A DNA stretch of 64,000 nt, taken from NCBI GenBank assembly GCA_963665095.1, contig OY762069.1, forward strand, positions 2,848,001-2,912,000, given 5' to 3'. Below are positions 20,530 to 29,625 of this stretch, piece by piece. The notes beneath the pieces are model-generated. The model saw only the letters and a list, made by a program, of their open reading frames with translations. It had not been told where the DNA came from and did not search any database. Source of the stretch: an uncultured Desulfobacter sp. (GTDB lineage: Bacteria; Desulfobacterota; Desulfobacteria; Desulfobacterales; Desulfobacteraceae). Each line of letters starts with the position of its first letter. Position 1 is the first letter of the stretch. A program made the position numbers and the translations under genes.

Positions 20530-22361
20530 ATGTTCCCGGCATCCCAGGCGGCAAGCGGCTTGGCAGCGGCCCCGGTCACCAGCGGGTGGGCATGAAGGTT
20601 CCCATAGACGCGGCCCAAAACTCACGCCGGGCCATCCTGCGCCTGACAGGATATCTGCGCCCATTTGGCAAGCGGTTAAGCCTGACCATGGTGCTGGTGG
20701 TTCTCTACACGGGCTTAGGCCTTCTGGATCCCTACCTTATGGGGGTTGCCATTGACAGGTTTATTGTAAACGGGGATATCCCGGGCCTGACCCGGATTGC
20801 CCTTTTAATGCTGGCTGTTATCCTGGCCCACCATCTTTTCCAGGCAGCTGCCGGATGGATGATGGCCAAAATCTCCCAGGATGCACTTAAGACCCTGCGC
20901 CAGGATCTGTTCACCCATCTTTCATCCCTGCCCCTCTCCTTTTTTGACCGGCATCCGGCAGGGGAATTGATGAGCCGGCTGACCAACGATATCGACGCCA
21001 TCAACCAGGCGGTCTCCCAGAATGTGATTGCGCTGATGGCAAGCCTTTTGTCCCTGGCCGGCATTATTATTGCCATGTTTGTGCTCAACCCCTGGCTGGC
21101 GCTGTCCACCCTGCTGGTGGTCCCGGTTCTGCTGGGTACCACCCGGCTCATTGCCAAGTATACAAGGCAGCGGTTTCGAAACCTGCAAAAAAATCTGGGG
21201 CACCTCACCGGGGTGATGGAGGAGGCGGTGAGCGGACAGCGGGTGATGACGGCTTTCCAGGGCAGCGACAAAATAACGGACGCATTCCGGCAAAACAACC
21301 AGGCCGTGCGCAAAGCCGGAATCGCGGCCAACACCTATGCCCTGCTGCTCATGCCCCTGACATCAGTGCTGGGCAACTTCTTTGTCATTGTCCTGGCCGG
21401 GTTCGGGGGATGGCTGGCCCTGCGGAACCTTGCCACGGTGGGCACCATTGCCACCTTCATCAGCTATGGCCGCAACTTTGTCAATCCCCTGCGGCAGCTG
21501 ACCCATATCTACAACGGAATCCAGGCGGCCCTGGCTGGAGCCGAACGGGTCTTTGAAATCATCGACACCCCGCCCGAAACCAGAGACACCCCGGCCGCGC
21601 CTCCCCTGCCCCGACCTAAAGGAGAGGTCTTTTTTGACAAGGTCGGCTTCGGCTACATTGACAACAGCCCGGTGATCCGGGAAATGACCCTGCATGCCGC
21701 AGCCGGACAGACCATCGCCCTGGTGGGCCCCACCGGGGCAGGCAAGACCACAATGATCAACCTGCTGTCCCGGTTTTATGAAATCGACACCGGCACCATC
21801 TTCATTGACGGCACAGACATCCGGGACATCCCCAAACCAGACCTGCGCCGGCAGCTGGGCACCGTTCTCCAGGACAATTTTCTTTTTTCCGGCACCATCA
21901 TGGACAATATCCGGTACGGCCGCTTGAACGCGTCGGACCGGGAGTGCATGGCCGCGGCCCGGGCTGCCGGGGCAGACGCATTCATTGCAGGGCTTGCCCA
22001 AGGGTATGACACCCGGCTCCTTGAACGGGCCGCCAACCTCTCCCAGGGACAGCGGCAGATGCTGGCCATTGCCCGGGCCATTCTGGCAGACCCGGCCATT
22101 TTGATCCTGGACGAGGCCACAAGCTGTGTAGACACCCGCACGGAAATCCATATCCAGCGATCCCTGCGCCGCCTCACCGCCGGCCGGACCTGTTTCATCA
22201 TCGCCCACCGGCTCAGCACCGTGCGTGATGCAGATCTGGTCGCGTTCATCCAGGACGGCAGGATTGCCGAACAGGGCACCCACGACGAACTGCTCCGCCG
22301 CAAAGGGCTTTACCACCATCTATACCAGCATCAATACCAGGGGATTCCGGAAGGAATTTGA
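20526..22361 (+). CDS. ABC exporter, fused permease/ATPase subunit 2
   Basis: GPTGAGKTT, LSQGQRQ, ILDEAT, AHRLST; ATGA overlap with subunit 1, typical heterodimeric pair. Confidence 0.93.
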   Translation: MNVPGIPGGKRLGSGPGHQRVGMKVPIDAAQNSRRAILRLTGYLRPFGKRLSLTMVLVVLYTGLGLLDPYLMGVAIDRFIVNGDIPGLTRIALLMLAVILAHHLFQAAAGWMMAKISQDALKTLRQDLFTHLSSLPLSFFDRHPAGELMSRLTNDIDAINQAVSQNVIALMASLLSLAGIIIAMFVLNPWLALSTLLVVPVLLGTTRLIAKYTRQRFRNLQKNLGHLTGVMEEAVSGQRVMTAFQGSDKITDAFRQNNQAVRKAGIAANTYALLLMPLTSVLGNFFVIVLAGFGGWLALRNLATVGTIATFISYGRNFVNPLRQLTHIYNGIQAALAGAERVFEIIDTPPETRDTPAAPPLPRPKGEVFFDKVGFGYIDNSPVIREMTLHAAAGQTIALVGPTGAGKTTMINLLSRFYEIDTGTIFIDGTDIRDIPKPDLRRQLGTVLQDNFLFSGTIMDNIRYGRLNASDRECMAAARAAGADAFIAGLAQGYDTRLLERAANLSQGQRQMLAIARAILADPAILILDEATSCVDTRTEIHIQRSLRRLTAGRTCFIIAHRLSTVRDADLVAFIQDGRIAEQGTHDELLRRKGLYHHLYQHQYQGIPEGI

Positions 22362-22493
22362 CCGGCACCCCCTACCTCCCCTATTCCCCCAATTCTTGGG
22401 CGAACAATATCAACAATCAGCGTTTTAGAAACTTATCTTTTAATTTCAATATGATATAGAAAAATAATAATTTTTTACAAAATCTTCTTGACC

Positions 22494-22544
22494 CTAATAC
22501 ATACTTTTAATATATACCTTTTATATATTAAAAGTATGTATTAG
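22494..22544. promoter_or_regulatory. Perfect 23 bp inverted repeat, putative PadR operator
   Basis: CTAATACATACTTTTAATATATA-ccttt-TATATATTAAAAGTATGTATTAG, immediately after a TTGACC -35-like hexamer and upstream of padR. Confidence 0.75.
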
Positions 22545-22582
22545 CACGGGAGAAAATTCCCGTCACTTTCAGGAGTTCAACC

Positions 22583-23107
22583 ATGTCATTGAAATACGCG
22601 ATTCTGGGGCTGCTGCACTATGAAGAGATGCACGGGTACCGGATCAAGGAACATATTGAAAAAAATTTCGGCCATATGTGGTCCATCAACTTCGGACAGA
22701 TCTATCCCAATTTAAAAAAACTGGAGCAGGAGGGCCTGGTCTCCATGGGGAAATCGGTTCAGAACGGCCAGAAAGGACCGCCAAAAAAATTATACTCCCT
22801 TACGGACAAGGGCCGTGAGGCATTCACCGACTGGCTGTCGGAGTCGCCGGAAAAAAGTATGCTGCTTCGCGATCCTTTTTTAATGCGGTTTGTGTTTTTC
22901 GGATTCGGGGATAAAGAGCGGGCCCTTGAGCTGCTGGACGACCAGATCCGGTCCTGGGAGACCCAGCTCACCGTCCGATTGAAGAACCAGGGAAAATGGC
23001 ACGCCAAAGATATCTTTGTCACCCAGGTGGCGGATTTGGGCGTCCAGATGAACGAAATGTTTCTTAATTGGCTGAAAGCAACAAAGGAGAAGCTCGAAAA
23101 CTCCTGA
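22583..23107 (+). CDS. PadR-family transcriptional regulator
   Basis: MSLKYAILGLL...HGYRI...WSINFGQIYPNLKKLE...KKLYSLTDKGRE. Confidence 0.92.
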   Translation: MSLKYAILGLLHYEEMHGYRIKEHIEKNFGHMWSINFGQIYPNLKKLEQEGLVSMGKSVQNGQKGPPKKLYSLTDKGREAFTDWLSESPEKSMLLRDPFLMRFVFFGFGDKERALELLDDQIRSWETQLTVRLKNQGKWHAKDIFVTQVADLGVQMNEMFLNWLKATKEKLENS

Positions 23108-23127
23108 ACAGAACATTATTGAAATTC

Positions 23128-23243
23128 GTGTTTGAGTGGAAACCTGGCCCGGATGCAAGGCGCGGGAAATCTGCAACCGCATGGTTGTGAGGACCGCAAA
23201 TTTTTCTGCAACGAGGCAGGCGGGTAAGTTGCCGCGCAAACAC
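23128..23243 (-). repeat. Palindromic REP/MITE-like element, copy A (inverted)
   Basis: Reverse complement GTGTTTG...CCTGCCTCGTTGCAGAAAAATTTG...CCTCAC...GCGCCTTGCATCCGGG...CAAACAC aligns with the copy at 25094..25234. Confidence 0.8.
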
Positions 23244-23255
23244 CAGGGAGGGGGC

Positions 23256-24254
23256 ATGGCATACACAGGTATCTCGCTGGTAACCGGCGCTGCAGGTTTC
23301 ATGGGCAGCCATGTGGTGGAACTTCTGGCCCGTAAGGGTGTCCGGGTGCGGGCTACGGCCCGGCCGGGAAAAGACCTCTCCTTTTTTAATTCGTTAGGGG
23401 TTGAGTTTGTGGGCGCAGACCTTAAAGACCCGTCAAGCCTGAAGCCCCTGTTTGACGGCGATGTGGACCGGGTGTTTCATCTCGGGGCCGTCTGCAACTT
23501 CTCCACCCCTTACAAGGAGCTCTATCCTGTCAATGTCAAGGGTGTGGATGCCATCACCGCCCTGGCCCTGGAAAAGGGGGTGAAAAAATTCATCCATGTC
23601 ACCTCCACCAGCGTGTACGGCTATTACAACGGCACCCCCTACCGCGAAGACGATGAGCGCCACCCGGAAAACGACTACGGACGATCCAAGCGGGACGGGG
23701 AGGATATCGTGTTCGGCCGTATGAAAGAGGGGCTTCCCGCCGTCATTGTCCGGCCATGCACGGTATACGGCCCAAGGTGCACGGACGGGGCCGGCAAAGC
23801 CTTTTCCAGGCCTACTGCCATCTCTGCCATCCCCGGTTCCGGACGCCAGCGCCTCTCCAATATCCGGGCCGAGGACGTGGCCCGGGCCCTTTATTATCTG
23901 TCGGAAAAAGAGGAATGCACCGGCCAGGTCTTCAATATTGCAGAAGAGACCAATCCCACCCTGGCTGAAGCCCTCACCCTGGCCGCCCGGATCTACGGGA
24001 CAACCCCGCCAAAACTTCATCTGCCTTTATTTCTGGTCAAGTTCATTGCCAGGCTATCCGGAATGGCCGCAGGCAACCGCATTCCGGATCTCGAGTACGA
24101 GGCCGTCAGATATCTTTACTACGACTATATCGTGGACAATACCCGGCTTGCGCAGACTGGTTTTAAACTCAAATACCCGGAGTTTGAAGCTTCCATGCAG
24201 CAGCTGGCAGAAACCTATAATCAGGCGGAACAGCTTTTATCCACTAAAAAATAA
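23256..24254 (+). CDS. NAD-dependent epimerase/dehydratase (extended SDR, 3beta-HSD-like)
   Basis: Start MAYTG after GGAGG; VTGAAGFMGSH, STSVYG, YGRSK (YxxxK), RPCTVYGP. Confidence 0.88.
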   Translation: MAYTGISLVTGAAGFMGSHVVELLARKGVRVRATARPGKDLSFFNSLGVEFVGADLKDPSSLKPLFDGDVDRVFHLGAVCNFSTPYKELYPVNVKGVDAITALALEKGVKKFIHVTSTSVYGYYNGTPYREDDERHPENDYGRSKRDGEDIVFGRMKEGLPAVIVRPCTVYGPRCTDGAGKAFSRPTAISAIPGSGRQRLSNIRAEDVARALYYLSEKEECTGQVFNIAEETNPTLAEALTLAARIYGTTPPKLHLPLFLVKFIARLSGMAAGNRIPDLEYEAVRYLYYDYIVDNTRLAQTGFKLKYPEFEASMQQLAETYNQAEQLLSTKK

Positions 24255-24266
24255 AGGAGGCCGATC

Positions 24267-25094
24267 ATGAATCAGGTGGTTGTCATCACGGGCCTGGCCC
24301 AGGGAATGGGCCGGCATGTGGCCAAAATGCTGGCCAGGTCCGGAGACAGTATTGCAGGATTTGACATGAGCAAGGAGGATCTGGACACCTTGGGCCAGGA
24401 ACTGACTGCGCTTGGGGCCAAGCACTATCTCACGCCTTTGAATATCCTGGATCGTGAGGGGGTCAAAAAATTCGGAGACGAGGTCATGGCGCGGTTCGGC
24501 CGGGTGGATACGGTTCTCTCCAACATCGGTATCGGTTTTTTCGGCCCCTTTGAGGAGGTGGACCTGGACAAGGCTGCCCGGTGCATCGAGATCAATGTCA
24601 TGGGCACGGCTGCCGTATTCCAGTATTTCATCCCTGTTATGCGCAAACAGCGCAAAGGTAAAATTATTGCCATGTCCTCCCTGGTGGGCCAGGTGCCTTT
24701 CCCCTTTGAGTCCATCTACACGGCCACCAAATTCGCCATTGAAGGCCTGGTCCAGGCCATCCGCCTGGAAGTAAAACCCTTTGGCATTGAAGTGGCGCTC
24801 ATTGAACCGGCCCAGGTCTCCACCACCTTTGCCGCCAAAATTCATACGCTGCCGCCCGAAGGCTCAGTCTACCGGGACCGGGCCGCCCGCTTCATTGAGC
24901 GGGACAACGAACTGATCAAAACCGCCACCACGCCCGAGGCGGCAGCCAGACGGATTTACAAGGTGCTTAAAACCGGAAAACCCAAGGTGCATAACCAGGT
25001 GGATTTCATGAGTACCTTTTTTCTGTTTCTCAACAGGTACCTGCCCGGTGCCGTGCGGGACAAGATCCTGCTCAACCATATGAACATAAAATAG
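24267..25094 (+). CDS. Classical short-chain dehydrogenase/reductase
   Basis: ITGLAQGMG, NIGI, MSS, YTATK (YxxxK), IEPAQVST. Confidence 0.9.
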   Translation: MNQVVVITGLAQGMGRHVAKMLARSGDSIAGFDMSKEDLDTLGQELTALGAKHYLTPLNILDREGVKKFGDEVMARFGRVDTVLSNIGIGFFGPFEEVDLDKAARCIEINVMGTAAVFQYFIPVMRKQRKGKIIAMSSLVGQVPFPFESIYTATKFAIEGLVQAIRLEVKPFGIEVALIEPAQVSTTFAAKIHTLPPEGSVYRDRAARFIERDNELIKTATTPEAAARRIYKVLKTGKPKVHNQVDFMSTFFLFLNRYLPGAVRDKILLNHMNIK

Positions 25095-25274
25095 TGTTTG
25101 AACGCAAAGTCACCCACCTGCGGCGTTGCTGTACAAATCTGCCAAATCATATAATCGGGCCTCACGTACTGAAGTACGCTTAAGGTTTTAGCTTTGCTTG
25201 CGCCTTGCATCTGGGCAACTTTGCGTCCAAACACCTTGGCATAGTCCAAATATGAGGTTTTTGTTCAGACACTA
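25092..25274 (+). repeat. Palindromic REP/MITE-like element, copy B (most complete)
   Basis: Ends TAGTGTTTGAAC...GTTCAGACACTA are inverted repeats; internal arms GTGTTTGAACGCAAAGT...ACTTTGCGTCCAAACAC. Confidence 0.8.
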
Positions 25275-25374
25275 AAATAGGTCAAAGGCAATGGCCCGGA
25301 TATTTCAGGGGCCGTGTCTTTTCCCAAGAGGACCATCCGGGGCAGCTTTCTGCCCATAACCAAAGGAGGTTTCC

Positions 25375-27741
25375 ATGACGGTGTTACCTGTTCCCACCCC
25401 CAGGGTGGCCCGCCTGCGGGAGCGCATCATCAATGCCCCCCAGGAGGTCTGCGTTGAGCGGGCCTGCCAAATCACCCGGTCCATGAAGAAAAACTGGGAT
25501 GCCCATCCCCTGATGCGCATGGCCCAGGCCCTTTTTGACATTCTTACAAACATCTCGGTGATCATCCGGGAAGATGAAGTGATCGTGGGGTGCCGGACGT
25601 CCAAGCTCAAAGGCGCGCCGCTGTTTCCGGAGAACAAGAACCGCTGGATTGAAGGGGATGTGGATAATTTTGACCGCCGCCTGGTCCAGCGCGCCCTGAT
25701 CACGGCAGAAGAAAAGGCCCGGATCAAGGAGGAAGTACTGCCCTTCTGGCAGGGCAAATCTGTGGAGGACCTGTTTGAGGCCCGCCTGGACGAGAGCGTG
25801 GCCCAGGACATGGACAAGTATATTTTCACCTTTATGCTTGAGATCACCTACGGCATCGGGCACTTTACCATGGACCATTCCCAGGTGCTGAAACTGGGGC
25901 TTTCCGGCCTGATCGGCATGGCCCGGGAAAAATACGCAGCACTTTCCGAAGAAGAGCAGGCAGGCGAAAAAGGCATCTTTTATAATGCAGTGATTCTCTC
26001 TCTCCAGGGGGCCATCGCCTTTGCCCGGCGGTATGCGGTCAAGGCTGAAGAACTTGCGGAACAGGAGACAGACCCCGCACGAAAACAGGAGCTGCTGGAG
26101 ATGGCCCAGGTCTGCGCAAGGGTCCCGGAACACCCGGCCACAACCTTTCACGAGGCGGTCCAGTGCGTCTACTTCATCCATCTGGTGACCCAGATCGAAA
26201 CCGGGGGAAATTCTGTTTCTTTAGGCCGTATAGACCAGATCCTGGCCCCTTATTACGAGGCAGACCTCAAGGCCTCACGCACCAGCCCGGCCAAGGCCAG
26301 GGAACTTTGCGCCCTGCTTTTCCTGAAGATGAACGAGATCTGGAACGTACTGGAGGAGGCTTATATCCCGGGCGGTGAAGGCACGGAAGGCAAGACCACC
26401 CAGAATATTACCGTGGGCGGCTTCACCCGGGACGGCAAAGACGGCACCTGTGACCTGAGCCACATCATCCTGGACGCCTATGCCGGCATTCGCACGGTTC
26501 AGCCCAACTTCGGGGTGCGCCTTTACCCGGACGGTCCCCATGATCTGTTTCAAAAGGCGGCCCAGTACTGCAAAGACGGGGTGGTCCTGCACTTTTTCAA
26601 TGATCCCGCAATCGTCAACACCCTTGTCAATGCCGGCCACACCCTGGAAGATGCCCGGGATTACGGGGTGGTGGGGTGCCTGGAACCCAATGCCCAGGGC
26701 AAGAGTTTCGGCTCCACCTTTGCCGTGCAGTTCAACCTGCTCAAATGCCTGGAGTTTGCCCTGAGCAACGGGGTGGACAATATTTTCGGGTATGTCTCCG
26801 GCCTTGAGACCGGGGACCCGGCTGATTTCACGGACATGGACCAGGTGTTTGACGCCTACCACACCCAGGTCTCCCACTACATCGGTCAGATGGTCAAAGG
26901 CATCACCTGCCTGGATGAGACCATTGCGGAAATGCTGCCCTCACCCTTTGCCTCGGCCATGATCCAGGGCCCCATGGACAAGGGGATGGACCTGACCCGG
27001 GGAGGGGCTGTGTACAACTCCACAGGGGTTCAGTTCATGGGCTTTTCCAATGTGGCGGACAGTCTTTATGCCATCCAGGAGACCGTGTTCAACAAGGACA
27101 AATTCACCCTGGAAGAGATCTCAGAATGGCTGGCCGACGACTGGATGGATGCCGAAAACAAGCAGGCCTGGCTGCTGTCGTCGGTTCCAAAATACGGCAA
27201 CGACCATGACGACGCCGATGCCATGGCAGCCCGGGTGGTCAATCATTTGTGCGATGTGCTGGCTCCCCACCAAAACTATAGAAAAGGAGCGTTCTGGCCG
27301 GGCATTTTTTCCGTGGGATTCCACATCACCATGGGCGCCTTCACCGGTGCCTCCCCGGACGGCCGCTGGGCAGGCGACATCCTTGGCAACGGCATTACGC
27401 CCTCCAACGGCGTCACCTTTGAAGGTCCTACGGCCGTAATGAACTCCGTGACCAAGATGCCTCTGGAGCGGATCTTCAACGGGGCCAATCTCAACATGCG
27501 GTTCCAGGGCAAGACCGTGGCCACGGATTTGTTTGCAGCCCTCATTCAGGCCTATTTCCAAAAGGGCGGGGCCCAGGTCCAGTTCAACATGGTGGACAAA
27601 GAGACCCTGCTCGATGCCCAGGCGCATCCTGAAAAATACGCGGACCTTGTGGTGCGTATCTCCGGGTATTCGGCCCTTTTCACCAAGCTAAGTGACATAG
27701 CACAAGATGAAATCATCAACCGTACGGAATTCGGATTGTAA
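25375..27741 (+). CDS. Glycyl radical enzyme (PFL-like superfamily, eliminase-type Cys loop), substrate unknown
   Basis: 788 aa; Cys loop VVGCLEP (Cys435, Glu437), glycyl loop LVVRISGYSALF (Gly764), SLGRIDQ, QNITVGG. Confidence 0.95.
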   Translation: MTVLPVPTPRVARLRERIINAPQEVCVERACQITRSMKKNWDAHPLMRMAQALFDILTNISVIIREDEVIVGCRTSKLKGAPLFPENKNRWIEGDVDNFDRRLVQRALITAEEKARIKEEVLPFWQGKSVEDLFEARLDESVAQDMDKYIFTFMLEITYGIGHFTMDHSQVLKLGLSGLIGMAREKYAALSEEEQAGEKGIFYNAVILSLQGAIAFARRYAVKAEELAEQETDPARKQELLEMAQVCARVPEHPATTFHEAVQCVYFIHLVTQIETGGNSVSLGRIDQILAPYYEADLKASRTSPAKARELCALLFLKMNEIWNVLEEAYIPGGEGTEGKTTQNITVGGFTRDGKDGTCDLSHIILDAYAGIRTVQPNFGVRLYPDGPHDLFQKAAQYCKDGVVLHFFNDPAIVNTLVNAGHTLEDARDYGVVGCLEPNAQGKSFGSTFAVQFNLLKCLEFALSNGVDNIFGYVSGLETGDPADFTDMDQVFDAYHTQVSHYIGQMVKGITCLDETIAEMLPSPFASAMIQGPMDKGMDLTRGGAVYNSTGVQFMGFSNVADSLYAIQETVFNKDKFTLEEISEWLADDWMDAENKQAWLLSSVPKYGNDHDDADAMAARVVNHLCDVLAPHQNYRKGAFWPGIFSVGFHITMGAFTGASPDGRWAGDILGNGITPSNGVTFEGPTAVMNSVTKMPLERIFNGANLNMRFQGKTVATDLFAALIQAYFQKGGAQVQFNMVDKETLLDAQAHPEKYADLVVRISGYSALFTKLSDIAQDEIINRTEFGL

Positions 27742-27764
27742 TTTTATATAGACGAGGAAAAAAC

Positions 27765-28700
27765 ATGAACAAAGTTGTTACTATGAAAGAAGCTGTGGCA
27801 TCCCACATCAAGGATGGGGATCTGCTGTTCATTGGCGGGTATGTCTGCAGGACTCCCTTTTCCGCAGTCCACGAGATCATCCGCCAGAAACGCCGTGATC
27901 TGACCCTTGTCCGCAGTAATGCGGCGGATGATTTTGACATGCTCATCGGAGCGGGCTGCGTCTCCCGGTTTATCTCCACCTTCCTCTCCCTTGGAATCTA
28001 CGGCCTTGGGCGCTGCTACCGCCGCTCCCTGGAAAAGGGGATCCCCCATAAAATAGAGATCGAGGAGTACACCAACCTGTCGCTGCCCATGATGCTCATG
28101 GCAGGGGCCATGGGCCTGCCCTTTGTGCCGGTGCGGGACATGGCAGGCTCCGACCTGCTCAATTTCTCCTCCTTTATGGGTGAAAACAAGTACAAGCTCA
28201 TGAACAACCCTTTTGACGGCAGCCCCACCGTGGTGGTGCCGGCCCTGAACCCGGATGTGGCCGTAATCCATGTCCAGCAGGCGGACGAATCCGGCAACGC
28301 CCAGATGTGGGGCATTGGCGGGGACTGCATGTACGGGGCCAATGCCGCCAAAAAGGTGATCGTCTCCTGCGAACGCCTTGTCTCCCGGGAGACCATCGGC
28401 AAAGATCCGTCCCGCACCATCATAGCCGGCTCCCGGGTGGCGGCCGTGGTGGAGGAGCCCTTTGGTGCCCATCCCGGATACACCCCGGGATTCTATGACA
28501 CGGATTTCTCTTTTGGCTATGTCTACCAGCAGGCGTCGGGCTCCGAGGAGACCTTCCAGGCCTTTCTGGACGAGTGGATATTCGGTCTTGAGGACCGGAA
28601 AGCCTATACCCAGCACTATATCAAAAAATTCGGGTATGAGGCGTTCCACAAGCTGGGTGCAGGATTCGATTACAGCTTTCCTGTGAGCTATGCCTACTGA
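27765..28700 (+). CDS. Family I CoA transferase, alpha subunit (GctA-like)
   Basis: HIKDGD..IGG, AGAMGLPFVPVR, PALNPDVAVIHVQQADESGNAQ. Confidence 0.88.
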   Translation: MNKVVTMKEAVASHIKDGDLLFIGGYVCRTPFSAVHEIIRQKRRDLTLVRSNAADDFDMLIGAGCVSRFISTFLSLGIYGLGRCYRRSLEKGIPHKIEIEEYTNLSLPMMLMAGAMGLPFVPVRDMAGSDLLNFSSFMGENKYKLMNNPFDGSPTVVVPALNPDVAVIHVQQADESGNAQMWGIGGDCMYGANAAKKVIVSCERLVSRETIGKDPSRTIIAGSRVAAVVEEPFGAHPGYTPGFYDTDFSFGYVYQQASGSEETFQAFLDEWIFGLEDRKAYTQHYIKKFGYEAFHKLGAGFDYSFPVSYAY

Positions 28701-28724
28701 TTCTTACCCCATAAGGAGGGAAAT

Positions 28725-29519
28725 ATGACTGACAAACCTTATATCAAACCGGAGCTGATGGCCTGCTGCGGGGCCAGGGAGATATCCGACCACGACATGG
28801 TCATTGTGGGCACGGGCTTTCCTGCCATGTCCGCCAATATTGCCAAACACCTGCACGCCCCCAATGCCATGATGATGCAGGAGTCCGGGGTTATTGACGC
28901 CAAACCGGCACGACCTGCCCTTTCCGTGGGAGATCCCTGCCTGAATCCCGGGGCTGCCATGATCGGCGGCTTAGTGGATATCATGGGCATGTTTCTCCAG
29001 GCCGGCAGAGTGGATGTGGGCTTTTTATCCGGCAGCCAGGTGGACCGTTTCGGCAACATCAACACCACGGTGATCGGGGATTACAACGCCCCCAAAACCC
29101 GGCTGCCCGGATCCGGCGGGGCCAATCCCATCGGGTCCCTGGCGAAAAAGACTTTGATTATCGCCCTGCACGACAAACGGCGGCTGGCTGCCAAGGTGGA
29201 TTTCATCACCACGCCCGGTTACATCGACGGACCCGGTGCCCGGGAGAAATGGGGCATGCCGGCCAACACCGGCCCCCATGCCCTGATCACCAACAAAGGG
29301 GTGCTTAAATTCGATCCCGACACCCGGGAGGCGTATCTGTTCTCCTTTCATCCCGGCGCCACCATCGAAGAGATCCGGGAGAACACCCCCTGGGATCTCA
29401 AGATCGCCGACGATGTCCATGAGACCGCTCCGCCCACACCGGAGGAGTTGAATGTAATCCGCAAAATCCTCGACCCCTTTGGCATGATCTCAATTTATGA
29501 AAAAAAAGGTTACGTCTAA
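28725..29519 (+). CDS. Family I CoA transferase, beta subunit (GctB-like)
   Basis: VGTGFP, QESG (catalytic Glu position), GSQVDRFGNINTT, RLPGSGGA. Confidence 0.88.
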   Translation: MTDKPYIKPELMACCGAREISDHDMVIVGTGFPAMSANIAKHLHAPNAMMMQESGVIDAKPARPALSVGDPCLNPGAAMIGGLVDIMGMFLQAGRVDVGFLSGSQVDRFGNINTTVIGDYNAPKTRLPGSGGANPIGSLAKKTLIIALHDKRRLAAKVDFITTPGYIDGPGAREKWGMPANTGPHALITNKGVLKFDPDTREAYLFSFHPGATIEEIRENTPWDLKIADDVHETAPPTPEELNVIRKILDPFGMISIYEKKGYV

Positions 29520-29591
29520 TGTTTGAACCCATAATCACCCACCTGCCGCGTAGCAGAAAAATTTTCATCCGGACGACTATGCGTCCAAACG
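29517..29591 (+). repeat. Palindromic REP/MITE-like element, copy C (internally deleted)
   Basis: TAATGTTTGAACCCATAATCACCCACCTGCCGCGTAGCAGAAAAATTT...GCGTCCAAAC shares both ends with copies A and B. Confidence 0.7.
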
Positions 29592-29625
29592 AAAGTCTCT
29601 CATAGAAATTATTTAAGGAGGCGTT

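Noticed and set aside
21363..22319. Long antisense ORFs (318 aa here; also 27744..28649, 30013..30945, 51063..52079, 59750..60604)
   Set aside because: They shadow well-supported genes on the opposite strand and have no recognisable motifs.
23128..29591. Repeats as a CRISPR array
   Set aside because: The copies are kilobases apart, diverged and long, with no spacer periodicity and no cas genes.
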